Shown: in pieces, positions 26,059 to 37,591 of the stretch
Position numbering within the stretch: the first letter of the stretch is position 1
Layout: every line of letters begins with the position of its first letter
Source of the DNA: the human T2T-CHM13v2.0 reference genome, Homo sapiens
Length of the DNA stretch: 64,000 bases
Direction: 5' to 3' (one strand)
NCBI RefSeq assembly: GCF_009914755.1
Contig: NC_060931.1
The notes under the pieces: model-generated
Seen by the model: only the letters and a program-made list of their open reading frames with translations
Databases searched by the model: none
What the model was told of the DNA's origin: nothing
Made by a program: the position numbers and the translations under genes

Positions 26059-26164
26059 ATGCTGCAGACAATTTACGAGAGTGACTCCTGTTTTTCCTCA
26101 GATGGGGTGGCTGGACGAGAGCAGCTCTTGGCTCAGCAAAGAATGCACAGTATGATCAGCTCAG
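26059..26164 (+). CDS. HDAC9: Putative alternative HDAC9 N-terminus MLQTIYESDSCFSSDGVAGREQLLAQQRMHSMISS (needs a transcript that includes the 3' end of intron 1)
   Basis: ATG 26059 (A at -3) is 84 nt upstream of and in frame with ATG 26143, with no stop between; in-frame TGA at 26038. Confidence 0.5.
26102..26155 (+). other. Overlapping out-of-frame uORF, 17 aa (MGWLDESSSWLSKECTV*)
   Basis: ATG is the first 3 nt of the exon with G at +4; TGA 26153-26155 lies inside the HDAC9 CDS. Confidence 0.65.
26143..26164 (+). CDS. HDAC9: HDAC9 first coding segment, MHSMISS plus 1 nt (phase 1); continues in a downstream exon outside the window
   Basis: ATG CAC AGT ATG ATC AGC TCA G|gtaaga matches the known HDAC9/MITR N-terminus MHSMISS(VDVK...). 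Strong donor CAG|GTAAGA at 26164/26165. Confidence 0.95.
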
Positions 26165-26603
26165 GTAAGATCCTCTTTCATAACTGAGACGTTTTAGGTT
26201 TGAAAGGGGGCTGGCTTGGGAAATGCAGCTAAGAAAAGCACCTCTCTTAAGGAAATTGCTGCTTTTTCGTGTTGATGTTGCTATTTTCTTGGTGCGTCTG
26301 TAGGGTTTAACTTAGATCCCTTCCATTACTGTTTCTGTGCATATTCAGTCTGCTTAGGGACAGCAGCTTCTGAATGAAATTGCAAACTATTGCTTCTGAT
26401 GAAAGATGAGACTGAGATAAGTAAAATGTAGTTGGGGGTGTTTTGCCTTTACTATGCAACTAGAAAAAGGAGCTGTGTACTGATTGTAAGCCTATTCTAA
26501 TAGGACTTTAAAAATCAGGTAAGTTCATATTGGGGCTTCAGTTTAAACTGCAGCCCCGCTAGCCTGACGATTTTATATTTACTCTGTGCCTACAGAAGCA
26601 CAT

Positions 26604-26613
26604 CTATTTATAG
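26604..26613. promoter_or_regulatory. Perfect MEF2 consensus CTATTTATAG, ~440 bp into the intron after the coding exon
   Basis: Matches CTA(A/T)4TAG; lies in repeat-free sequence next to the promoter. Confidence 0.45.
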
Positions 26614-28116
26614 ACCTACCTTCTAAAATGTGTTTGCCACAGAGTTATAAAGGTAGTTTTCTTTTTTCCATTATGTGGCTTTTTCTCATCAGCCCCAAAT
26701 GAAACTGTTTAGGATGAAATAAAATTGTTATTAGCAGATGCTTATTTTAATTTTCTTCAAAAACATGTGGGAAGTCTAGCATTGTCAGGCAGATGTGATG
26801 GCATAACACACATGTAAATGTGTTAAAAGCAGGTGCAGCGTTTTAAAGGATAATAGGAACAGATTCTAATTTCTAGTTTCTCAAGGAGATGAGCTGGTGG
26901 GAGATTGAGCTTGTCAGCCTTGTCAATTTATACTTACTAAATGAACATACTCTCCAGGCAGTATCACTTAACGTGTAATTATTGCCTTTCATATTTATTT
27001 CCTATGGCTATTTCCTAAAGCTTTGGGAACTCTTTGTTTCTGTCCTCTTCTGAATGTTTCAACCTAAAATTGGCTTAAAGTTCTCACTTAGATCCCACTT
27101 CCCATGTGGGCTTAATCGTAATTATAGATCACCGCCTAGATTTCCATGATAAGAATGCCACATAAAGCAGTGTTTACTTTGTAGAGCTAGGTGTGAAAGA
27201 AATATTCCACAGGTTGGCATGATGTCTGTTTTGGTGTTAATACACCTTCCCATATGGGGATCTATGTTTAAAGCTAGTTTTCTTTAAACCTTGGTTAGTT
27301 ATGTTAATTTTAAGATCCTTCTGTTGACCCAATCTTTTCATGGAATCAGAATAAAATATCAATTTTGCATAATTTGGTATTTATACACTTAAGTGACAGG
27401 AATTATGTTAATGAATAGTGCCTGCTTAACAAAAGCAAACCTACCAGAATTTCAGTACAGTTTATTCTTATAGCTGCAAAGCTGACAAGGGCTCCGGGAG
27501 GGTTTAACAGGTATGTCTCTAATGGGACTGGTCATTTAACTTAGCATTTTATTTTTTAAAATATGGATGAACCCTTTGAAAATAACTATTTTAGAAATCT
27601 TTTCAGCACTATGCTTTATCCTTTTAGTCCTCACTTCTGTGTTACAAGTTTGATATTTTTTTTCATATGGTAGAAACATACATGCCTTCCAAGTAGCAAG
27701 TGTCTGCTGAAGCTAAGGCTGGCTACAGGTGTTTGCAAGCTTTGCTTTTTTCTCCACATCTTTGATAATCACATACAGCTTTACACCCATTTCAGTAGAG
27801 ATTGTCATTTTCCTAGCATTTAATGGTTTGTGTACAAAGCAACAAGATTTTCAGACAGGGAAGTGCTTCAGGCTGTCCATGCTTTGGCCAGTTCTACAAG
27901 AAGCAACATTTAAGCAGCAGCTAGCTATTAAATGAAAAGTGATGTAGGTTAACATCAACTCCCAAAACCTGTCTGGTATAAATACATAATCACTAAGTTC
28001 TATTTATTTTTAAAATGTGAAGCATAAAAACAATTACACCCTTCCTGCCATGCCATATATTTCATATATGTTCTTAAATTTAATTCACCTAGTCTTTATT
28101 GTATACTTCCTGTGAG

Positions 28117-28278
28117 GCACTGGCTCTCAAAGTTGGACTCACCAGAAGCACTTTACAAAATATGATACCTAGATTCCACTCCCAGAATGCCTGGTTTAAT
28201 TGGTATGGGGAACAGCCTGGGGATTGAGGTTTTTAAAATCTCCCCACCTTAACCTTCAGCAAACTGAGATTCACTGCT
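28117..28278. mobile_element. MER5-family hAT MITE
   Basis: cactggctctcaaagt...ggtttaattggtatgggg...ttttaaaatctcccca...ctgagattcactg. Confidence 0.7.
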
Positions 28279-28479
28279 GTAGGGCTAGGGAACAGATGGT
28301 GATGCTGGTGAACCACTATCAGTAGGGTTTGTCCTTTGAGCTAACTGCTAAATTAGGGGTATGTTTGTCTTAATTTAGCTACAAATCTTGTTCAGCTCCC
28401 TTTTGGACCAGTGGTCTGGACGTGATTCATAGGCTTAGAAGCAGAGTCTTTGGATTTGAAAGAGAGAAAGGATGCCTGG

Positions 28480-28690
28480 CAGCAGTGCAAAGGAGTGGAG
28501 AGAGCACTGTTCTAGGAGTCAGACACTCTGTATTCTAGCATGAGCTCCACTGCTAGCCGATTGTGTACTGATTTTTTTACTCATCTTCAAACTGAAGAAT
28601 AATGATGTCCTCCTGCTTGCCTCTTAGCATTCTTGTGAGGTTCAGATGTATCAATATGTCTTTAAAACGTATACTCACTATTAGAATTGT
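28480..28690 (+). mobile_element. MIR
   Basis: agtggagagagcactgttctaggagtcagacactctgtattctag...ctcatcttcaaactgaagaataatga...ttgtgaggtt. Confidence 0.75.
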
Positions 28691-28913
28691 TGTTTTTAGT
28701 GAATGAACCTAAGATCTTGGTTTTCAATGCCATGTTCTATCTTGCTGAACAAGCCACATGAGTTACATTGTAGGTCACATGGGGGAAATGATTGTTTGTT
28801 TTGATAATCAGTTTGCCTTAGTTATCTTATAAATCAACTATTTATTTTGTTACCTTGGTTTGATAAGAGTTGAGATCTTTCCTATGCAGACTATCACTAT
28901 AGGTAAGAGTAGG

Positions 28914-28943
28914 GTGTGTATGTGTGTGTGTGTGTGTGTGTGT
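28914..28943. repeat. (TG)n microsatellite
   Basis: gtgtgtatgtgtgtgtgtgtgtgtgtgtgt. Confidence 0.92.
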
Positions 28944-30149
28944 TCTCTGAAATGTCTCATTATGTAATAAAGGCAAAGAAGTTGCACAGTATGTGATTGA
29001 ACAGTGAACCCCAATCGCAGATTTCATGAGATTATTTTTAAAACATTGGTTATGTTGTGTAATTTCTTTAGCAATTGCATTAGAGTTCCCATTTGTTGTT
29101 CTAGTTATATTGGATATTATGCACTAATATTGATGGTTTTTGTACAGAGCTCTTTATATACTATTGGAATACAAGTTTTTTTTATGGTTGTATGTTTTTT
29201 TGATATTGACTCGGCCAGGCTAAACATGTTTGGTAGAACCAGGTTCTATAATATTGTACTAATATATTTTAGTTTAAAGTTCTATAATATTAAATCTTAG
29301 AATTCAGTGTGAGTGACACATTTTGTCAAGTACATCCCTACTTTTGTGGCTTGTGTGGGCCAGGGTAAGTGATAACTGTGGCAGAAAGTGAAGCATGTAC
29401 AAATATTGACTCAGGTCACTCTGCAGGAGCTGGCAGGATTAGGGGTGTTCTCCCATTGCCAAGCATGTTGCTTAACACGTTGGGCAGCAGAGCTGTCCAG
29501 ACAATATTGGAACAATTATTATGAAGGAATTTCCTAGAGTTTGTACAGAAGTAATGTAAGATATATTTACAATAAGGAAAGCTCATATTTTGGCCATCTA
29601 TTCTTACTTTAGGGTATAAAAGAAAAACATTTAAATCAAAGTCCTGAAATTCTTTTATATATCTTCACCCTTTTTTGAATCCTTTTGTTCCTTAGTGTAT
29701 GGTGTTGAGGGGAAGGGAACATTTTAGATTCAGTAGTCACGTCACTTATGTCTACTTGAAAAGCAGAATCTAATTATGAAAATGTAAGTCTGTGAAATGT
29801 TCCTGTCATGTCAAGAATCACTTCTGGTATTCCCCATAATTACTGTTTTGCCATTCTCTAACTCAGGTTATCTTCACTTGCAAGTCTGTTATCAATTGAG
29901 ATAGATGATAGGTATCAATCAGAAATATAATTATAAATGGGCTCATTGAGAATGGAGACAAGAATGAGTATTTCATATTTCTAAGGATGACACAGGAGGC
30001 ATAATTATTGTTATGTCCGTTAAGTAAGAAAATCCAATAAAACCCCTTGGAAGACTGAAATAAATCCAAATTCTGAATTCAAAAAATATTCTAAATGATG
30101 ATTTTAATTTTGGAGATGAGCAATTTTAAAATGTGCCTCATAATTTCTC

Positions 30150-31450
30150 ACTACTGATAAATAATGAAGTGAGCCCAAAATAGCATGTCAGCCAGCAAAC
30201 ATACCTTCCATCCCTGTCACCCAATATATTCAACAGTAACTGAGCAAAGAAAATGATATAACCTAATGCAACATACCTCAGAGGCTAACAGCCAAGGCAA
30301 AAATGGATGCAGAGGTTCTTTGATCATAACAGAGAGACCTGTCTCCTGGGCTGTCTTAGAATTTTACTGGCAAGTTGACCAGTTCCTGAGGATTCTCACT
30401 AAGATTCCCAAATCTGAAGAGAAGAAAACTGAGTAGGTATCCTCACCATTTTGGGTTGTTCTTGTTTTCTCTTGTGGCTGAGAAATAGTAGAAATGAAGG
30501 CTTCAGAGCAGCGTACTAAATTGGGAGAAAGATCGATCCATAGCTCTTTGGAATGACGTACCTTTCACCAACTAAACTTAGAGATTCTGCCAAGAAGAAA
30601 AACATCAACTCATTGAACCCATGGAATTAGACGTCTTAGTATTGCTTCCTACAAATAGAGCACCTTACATAAATTTTATATTAAAAAAAGCTGAAAGGTG
30701 AGATGATAAACAAGAGAATGAGATGAGAAAGGAGATATAGATCTCAGGAAATGAATCAAGAATGGAAAATCATAATGATTATAGAAAAAAATATTCATTA
30801 GAAATAGAAGAAAACAGAATAGGCCCAGGTAAAAATCTTTACACATAAAGATGAAAGGTTTGAAAAAAATCAGAGTAAATGAAAAAGGAAAACAGTTAGA
30901 CAAAGTAGAAATTCTCAAACATGAAAGAGGCTGCTTGACAGTGAAAGCCACACAGTGAAGAGATGAACTTAAAACAAACAAAAAACTAAATTCAGAAGTA
31001 GAGAAAACATTATCAAAGTAACGAGGGAACACTGAATGCATTTAAACAACTATTGGATTGTGTTTATAGGGCAGAAAACAGATATTATAAAGTAGGGGAA
31101 TGTAAAAATATTAATAAAGCTGGCCAGTGTGAGGTGTTAGAGAGAGGTGAGATGGAAGGATGTGAGAAATGCTAATATCCTTCCCTTTCTGAGCAGGGAC
31201 AGACTCCCTGCTGCTTAAAATAGAAACACATACTTAAAAAAAAGATTCAAAGCACTGATTTTTAAAAATAGTTTATTTAACCTTAAAGAGGTCTTTTTGG
31301 AAATAGTATCTCTTACGTTAAGGAAGTATTTAGTACATTTATAGTTCCTTCAACTGCAGTTTTAAATCTGCTTAATTCAGTTAAGTTTAAATTTAAATTC
31401 AGTTAAGTTTAATTTCAGTTTTTAAAAATAAATATAACATCAGTGATATG
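30150..31450 (+). mobile_element. Very old L1M/HAL1-like remnant
   Basis: Strongly A-rich sense strand (30670-31050) typical of ORF1 coiled-coil coding DNA; family uncertain. Confidence 0.35.
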
Positions 31451-31699
31451 TTCTTATTTTTATAATTTTTTAAATCTATCCATCCATCTCCTGAAGAATT
31501 CATATAAAGATAGGAAGAAATAAGGAAAGATGCTGTGCTGTGTTTGGTGAAGAGGAGGGGCTTTTTCTTTCAGCATCATACCTCTTTACAGTGTATGATT
31601 TTTTATAATAGGCATGTATTCTATGAGAAGTGTTCATTACACACCCCCACACAAAGCTACCATGTCAAAATACTAACAGTGATTAATTGTAAGTAGTAG

Positions 31700-32315
31700 G
31701 TATATTAGTTAGGTTGTTTTCTCCTGCAGATAAAAGAACACTCTAGTCAAAATGACAGACAAGTAGGACATTTATCATGTGATAAAGTAGTTGGGTGGTT
31801 AGGCAGCACCAGGTAGTCAAAAATGGCAGCAGCATTCAGGTCCTTCATATAGCTCCACTCTGCTGGTCTTAGCCTTGGTTGGTGTGATCCTAAGATTGGA
31901 TCCTCCAATGGTCACAAACTGACTTGTAGCAGTTCCAAGCATTATGTATGTTTATGCATAACAAATTGCAGAGACAAAGGTTGGATCCTCCAATGGTCAC
32001 AAGTTGACTCGTAGCAGTTTCAAGCATCATGTTATTTATGCACGACAAACTCCAGAGACAAAGAGGGGAAACTGCTGTCTTGGCGTCTCTTTTAAAGGAA
32101 AGAAATCTTACCCAGACTTCTCCAGCAGATCATCCTTTATTCTATATTGACTAGAATAGCATCACCTGCCTATTCTTTCACTTGTTTTTCAGAGGAGTGG
32201 GACCCATGACTGAGCTGGGAAGGCAGGATACCTAAACCTGCTCAAGTTTCTATTGGGAAGAACCAAGAAGCAGGAGGAATAGATGTTAGCTAGGCACTAG
32301 CAGTATTTGCTACAA
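31700..32315. mobile_element. Old MLT1-type MaLR LTR with an internal 85-bp tandem duplication
   Basis: tatattagttaggttg...tggtcacaa..tgact.gtagcagttccaagcat...tattgactagaatagcatcacctgcc...gcactagcagtatttgctaca. Confidence 0.6.
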
Positions 32316-34137
32316 CGTGGATATTGGTGATAAGAAGTTTCTTCTTTGCAATTTTATTTACTTTTTAGTTTCCACAAATATAATAAAGTAAATGGACTAT
32401 GTTTATAATTTCCCTTTCAGTTGAACTATGGGTGTTGACTTTCTTTTCATGAAGATAATATATCTGTTTAAATACTAATGTAAGTATTTTTTACTAGTAT
32501 TGAATATAAGTTTTTTATTAATATTGAATAGATTGCCTTTCTTAGTACTGTCTATTGTTAGAAGAAGCCCCCTAATAAAGAGACTGAAGTAATTGTAGAA
32601 GAAACTGGATCTCTCTAAGCTATTAATCATGTTTTCTGAAGGAAGGAGAGTCAACATTGTGGCCTCATGCCTTACAAGCATTTATTATAAACGTGAATAG
32701 AGTATTCCTTTAATGTTGGCTTCGAGGCACACAAAATTTTTTTTGAGAAATATAATAATATATGAATTGTTTTCAATATATGAAAGGAGGATTATCTTAA
32801 AAATACTCAGAATGTGTTCGCCAGTAGGTTGTCACAAGTATTACATTTTAAGAATCATGAACAATTTTTACAATATGGAATGATAAGCACTACATTTTAA
32901 CATTTTTTTTCTGAATTTGAATGCTTTGAAAATAATTTAATTGAAATAAAAGCTCATGCAAATGACTTTAGAAAAGAAGCTTTCAAGAAGAAATTCAAAA
33001 ATATGTTGGCCTCTGCCTCAAATGAGTGTTGGCTGTGCCATGGTCCCCCCTGTTTTTGAAAGGAAGCTGAAGTGAGTGGTTAGCTTGGGATATGTGGTGT
33101 CCTTCCTGTTGGCAGTTTTCCCCTTTTCTTTTCCCAGTAAGTTGGCAATAAGGAAGCAAAGAAAGAGGAAATGCCTGGTGTTCCTAGTTCCATTCTTCTT
33201 CAACTAAGTTGGTTGCACAAAACAAATTTAATTTAAACAACATTTTTCACAATACTAAACGACCTACACTTTCAAGTGTTATCAGAGAACGTTATGTTTA
33301 GGTTTACTCTGAGTTGCTATGATTCATGAATATAAGAATAAATACTTCTTGTGTTTTTATAAGAATATATTTTCCATTCATTATCATAATGTTAACTTTT
33401 CCATAGTAAAATAAGTGATGGGCTTTTCGTGTACAGTGTTTCTTAAATACCCATTAATTAAATCCAATGAAAACCACTTTTAAGGAAGAAAGAAATTTAC
33501 CAAACCACAGAGTGTAACTAGTCATTTGCTTATGATTAAACTTTTTGCATGCTGATAAGGTTGGAAATACCCACGACTTTATTTTCCTGCTTCTCCTTAT
33601 GGTTCACCACTTGTATCAGAAACTTTTAAATTCATAATGTATGTTCATTATTGACCCAGTTGCAGCCATGTGGATGTTATTTTCAATTTGCTTGAGGTAC
33701 ATTTTGGTGAATGTCTAAGGCATGACATTTTCAAATGAGAATGTCATGAAGTTGTTTCAAAATTTGAAACTTGATATTAAAAACAAAATAAACCCCCCAA
33801 AATCCAGAAAACAAAAAATAAGTAAATTTCACTGAGTTTTCATTAAATGACATCATAGCTTGGGAGTTCTTGCTTTAGTAAAAATGTGTTTACCCAGAAG
33901 GTTTTCAGGGAACCCCATGTAGGGTGAATAAGAAAAAGCTCTTGTGTTAAGCACTGTTTTAACTTTATTCTTGATGATGCTTTTGAAATCTCATAATCAA
34001 AATTCAAGGGTGTATTTTAAGTACATGATTTTTACATTAGGAACTATCCATTTTAAGTTAGAAAGTTATCACCACCCGTTTTTGTTTTTTTCTGTCATAC
34101 TCCTCTCTGATCTTCTAGTTGCTTAGTTCCAATTTTA

Positions 34138-34444
34138 TTTTATTTTGTTTTGTTCTGTTTTTTGAGACAAAGTCTCACTCTGTCATCCAGGCAGGAGTGC
34201 AGTGGTATGATCTTGGCTCACTGCAACCTCCACCTTCTGGTTCAAGTGATTGTCCTGCCTCAGCCTCCCAAGTAGCTGGGATTACAGGCATGTGCCACCA
34301 TGCCTGACTAATTTTTGTAGTTTTAGTAGAGATGGGGTTTCGCCATATTGGCCAGGCTGGTCTCGAACTCCTGACCTCAAGTGATCTGCCCGCCTTGGCC
34401 TCCCAAACTGCTGGAATTATAGGCATGAGCCGCTGCGCCCAGCC
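34138..34444 (-). mobile_element. Full-length AluS (Sx/Sz-like) with 14-bp TSD
   Basis: TSD TAGTTCCAATTTTA at 34124-34137 and 34445-34458. Confidence 0.95.
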
Positions 34445-34514
34445 TAGTTCCAATTTTAGAGGTCAGTGATTGTAAGCATATTTTTTTCAAAAATTTTTAT
34501 GTCATTCTTTTATT

Positions 34515-34715
34515 ATTGACACAATGGCTAATGTTTCAAAAGTTTCTCTGTGTATCACTTGATCATTTAATCCTCACCACAGTTTAATAATGCAGTAGTT
34601 GTTGCAGCAATATTGGTGTTTTACAGTTGAGGAAATATATTCAGAGAGATAAGAAATTTACTGATGGTTACTGTAGGTAGGAAATGGCAGGGTCGTGTTT
34701 AAATGGCAGGGTCCT
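34515..34715 (-). mobile_element. MIR
   Basis: tcatttaatcctcaccacag...ttttacagttgaggaaat..attcagagagataag. Confidence 0.7.
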
Positions 34716-36980
34716 GCCCCTTTTTCTCAAAAAATATTTAGCATAGGATAATTCTGCTTGGTACTAAAAATGTGGACACATTTATATATGTATAAACAAA
34801 TACCTAGACAGACTTCTTAATCCTGGGAGGTTTAAGGCACAAATAGGCAAGCATGTTGAAAGTTTTGCTGGAAGATCCTTACTTCATGTTCTCAGTGCTA
34901 GATAATTAAATTCGAGGAAGTTAGCACTATCCAGGGCTGAGAGGAGCTTAAGGAAACCAAGCTTCTATGAGCGTGCTCTTTTCCTTGGAGCAGATGCTCT
35001 GGACAGAAGCAGCATTCCTGATGCATTTGGCACCTGTTTGCCAGTGTTCATGATACACAGATCATGAGGGTAAAGTTAGCCCCGCTTCAAAATAGCAAAT
35101 TATTATTAATGTATTTTGGCAGGAGAAAGTAATTTTTTTTGAAATGTTAGCATTATGGGGTTCATTTATTTTGACCAAAAGGTTTGAATTATACTCACCT
35201 TGGCATTTACCTTGAAATGTAAGGTTAATAAAGCCTATATCACCACTCAAATCCTAATTTCAACTTGCAATGTGAAATTCTCTAGCCACAATAAAGATCT
35301 AGCTAACATAATTCAGTTTCTACTTATTTTGAATATATATCTGTCCAATTTGGGTCCAGTTTGGACAATTTAGGTGAAAACTGGATGGCTGTGTTTATAT
35401 GTATTATCATCATACTACGTTTTACTTTATCTTGAGTTAATTTTGCTTTATTGGATGAATGTCATATGTTCTGTAGGTGGCTTAAGCGTAAAATTCACCC
35501 ATTACCTACTAATCCAATTATGCAAAAGCCCACTCTTGGCTTTCCAACAGGTAATTTTTATGATCTTATTTGCTATGAGAATCTTGAGCCATCTTCAGGA
35601 ATCAATACATTGTAAAAGCATTATTGATTATCACGTTAATGATTGACATAATTTATTGCCTTCCTAGGGGAAAGAAGCTTTCAGAAGATCATTAAATGCA
35701 TTAAAACCTGCAGATGTCCACATGTCTGTGCCTCTCTTTAGCAGCCTGACTCCTTTGGGTCAGTTATTCTTAGCCTCGGTATTTCTATCTTATGGCATCG
35801 CAGGTCTAAGATTAGCTTGTTAGGCGTTATCATGCCATATGAGTTACCTCCTAATATAACTCTACACTGGAATGATTATTTATAGAAAGAGCATTCTGTC
35901 ATTTTTGGGTTATTTCTAGTAGTTTAAATAAAGAAGAATAACATTCAAGTGAAACCACAGATTCCTTCCTGCTGCCAAAATAGCATGATAACTGTCTGCT
36001 TAAGGGGCAATAATGTTGTTTAAATGTGTGCTTAGGGTGATTGCAGAATTCTTTTTATCTCTGCCACCTTGAGAGAAAAGGGAGAGCTCTGGTAATGATG
36101 TATCATGCTTATGGAAAGGCAAAGAGGCGGCCTTGATGCTGTCTCAGAGCACACAGGACTCTGGTTGATGATGACAACAAGAGACACACAGGGTTTATTT
36201 TTAGAAACAGACATTGCTAAGCTCTCCATTTGGTGTTAATATTGCTCATAAACAGAGCTTCTTGGGGCTGTTGACCCTTCTCGTGAATATGGCATTACAC
36301 ACACATACTGTTTTCTTTTTTCACTTTGTAAGAATGATTCTATTATTGAAAGTGTATATATATCTGTTTCTAAAAATTAAGAAATCTAAATTCTATTCAA
36401 TTTCTCAATTTTTTTTTTTTAATCCCATGAAGCTTGGGTTTAAGAATTGGTTTATGAAAAACAATTGACTATTATAAGCACAATAAATATACAGGTTAAC
36501 TATAAGTATGGGAAAAAGGCAAGTATACATCATGAATGACTTTTAATAATAAATAACACCAATGCTCCTAGCTTTATTACCACAATATATAAAATATAGC
36601 CATAAAAGATACTGTCATTATAATGCACTATTGTGAGTTACTGATTTAAATAGATGAGATAAAATTCTCAGCATATGAGAAAAGTAAGTGTAAGCCTCTG
36701 CTTGCTGTTTGGGTATTACTACCTCTTGATGTTCCCAGCAAGTCTCATATACAGTAAAATATGCAGTTTTACATTTGAGAAGTGTTCTCTCAATTTACTT
36801 TGTGTGCTTAATTCAAACCTTAGCAATTGTTACTTTGCTCTAAAATTAGAATTGTGTTTTAATGTTAAATTCGCATTTTATATTTTACTATTAACTCATT
36901 TTTCCTAAATGATAAAAATGTTAAAATGGATGTTAGTGCATTTTATGTTAAACATTTGCCAAATGCTATAGAATGGATAA

Positions 36981-37331
<351 letters not shown>

Positions 37332-37591
37332 TATTATTATTATTATTTTTTGAGATGAGGTTTTGCTCTTGTTGCCCAGGCTAGAGTGCAATGGCGCCCT
37401 CTTGGGTCATTGTAACCTCCGCCTCCCGGGTTCAAGCTATTCTGCCTCAGCCTCCTGAGTAGCTGGGATTACACGCATGTGCCACCAAGCCTGGCTAAAT
37501 TTGTATTTTTAGTAAAGATGGGGTTTCTTCACATTGGTCAGGCTGGTCTCGATCTCTCGACCTCAGGTGATCCGCCTGCCTTGGCCTCCCA
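37332..37591 (-). mobile_element. AluSp/Sq-like element, 5'-truncated, directly adjoining the AluY
   Basis: gttttgctcttgttgcccagg, gagtgcaatgg, cctcaggtgatccgcc. Confidence 0.9.

Larger units (their letters stand above)
26102..26164 (+). other. HDAC9: HDAC9 exon (63 nt) containing the canonical start codon; open throughout in the HDAC9 frame (DGVAGREQLLAQQRMHSMISS)
   Basis: Acceptor ctcctgtttttcctcag ends at 26101; donor gtaaga at 26165; length divisible by 3 (phase 1/1). Confidence 0.93.

Noticed and set aside
24927-26071. Minus-strand ORFs (130, 62 and 81 aa) over the promoter
   Set aside because: No homology or codon signal recognisable; expected by chance. Antisense transcription cannot be judged from sequence.
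25280-26130. CpG island at the promoter
   Set aside because: CpGs are only mildly enriched and GC content is moderate; not a classical island by eye.
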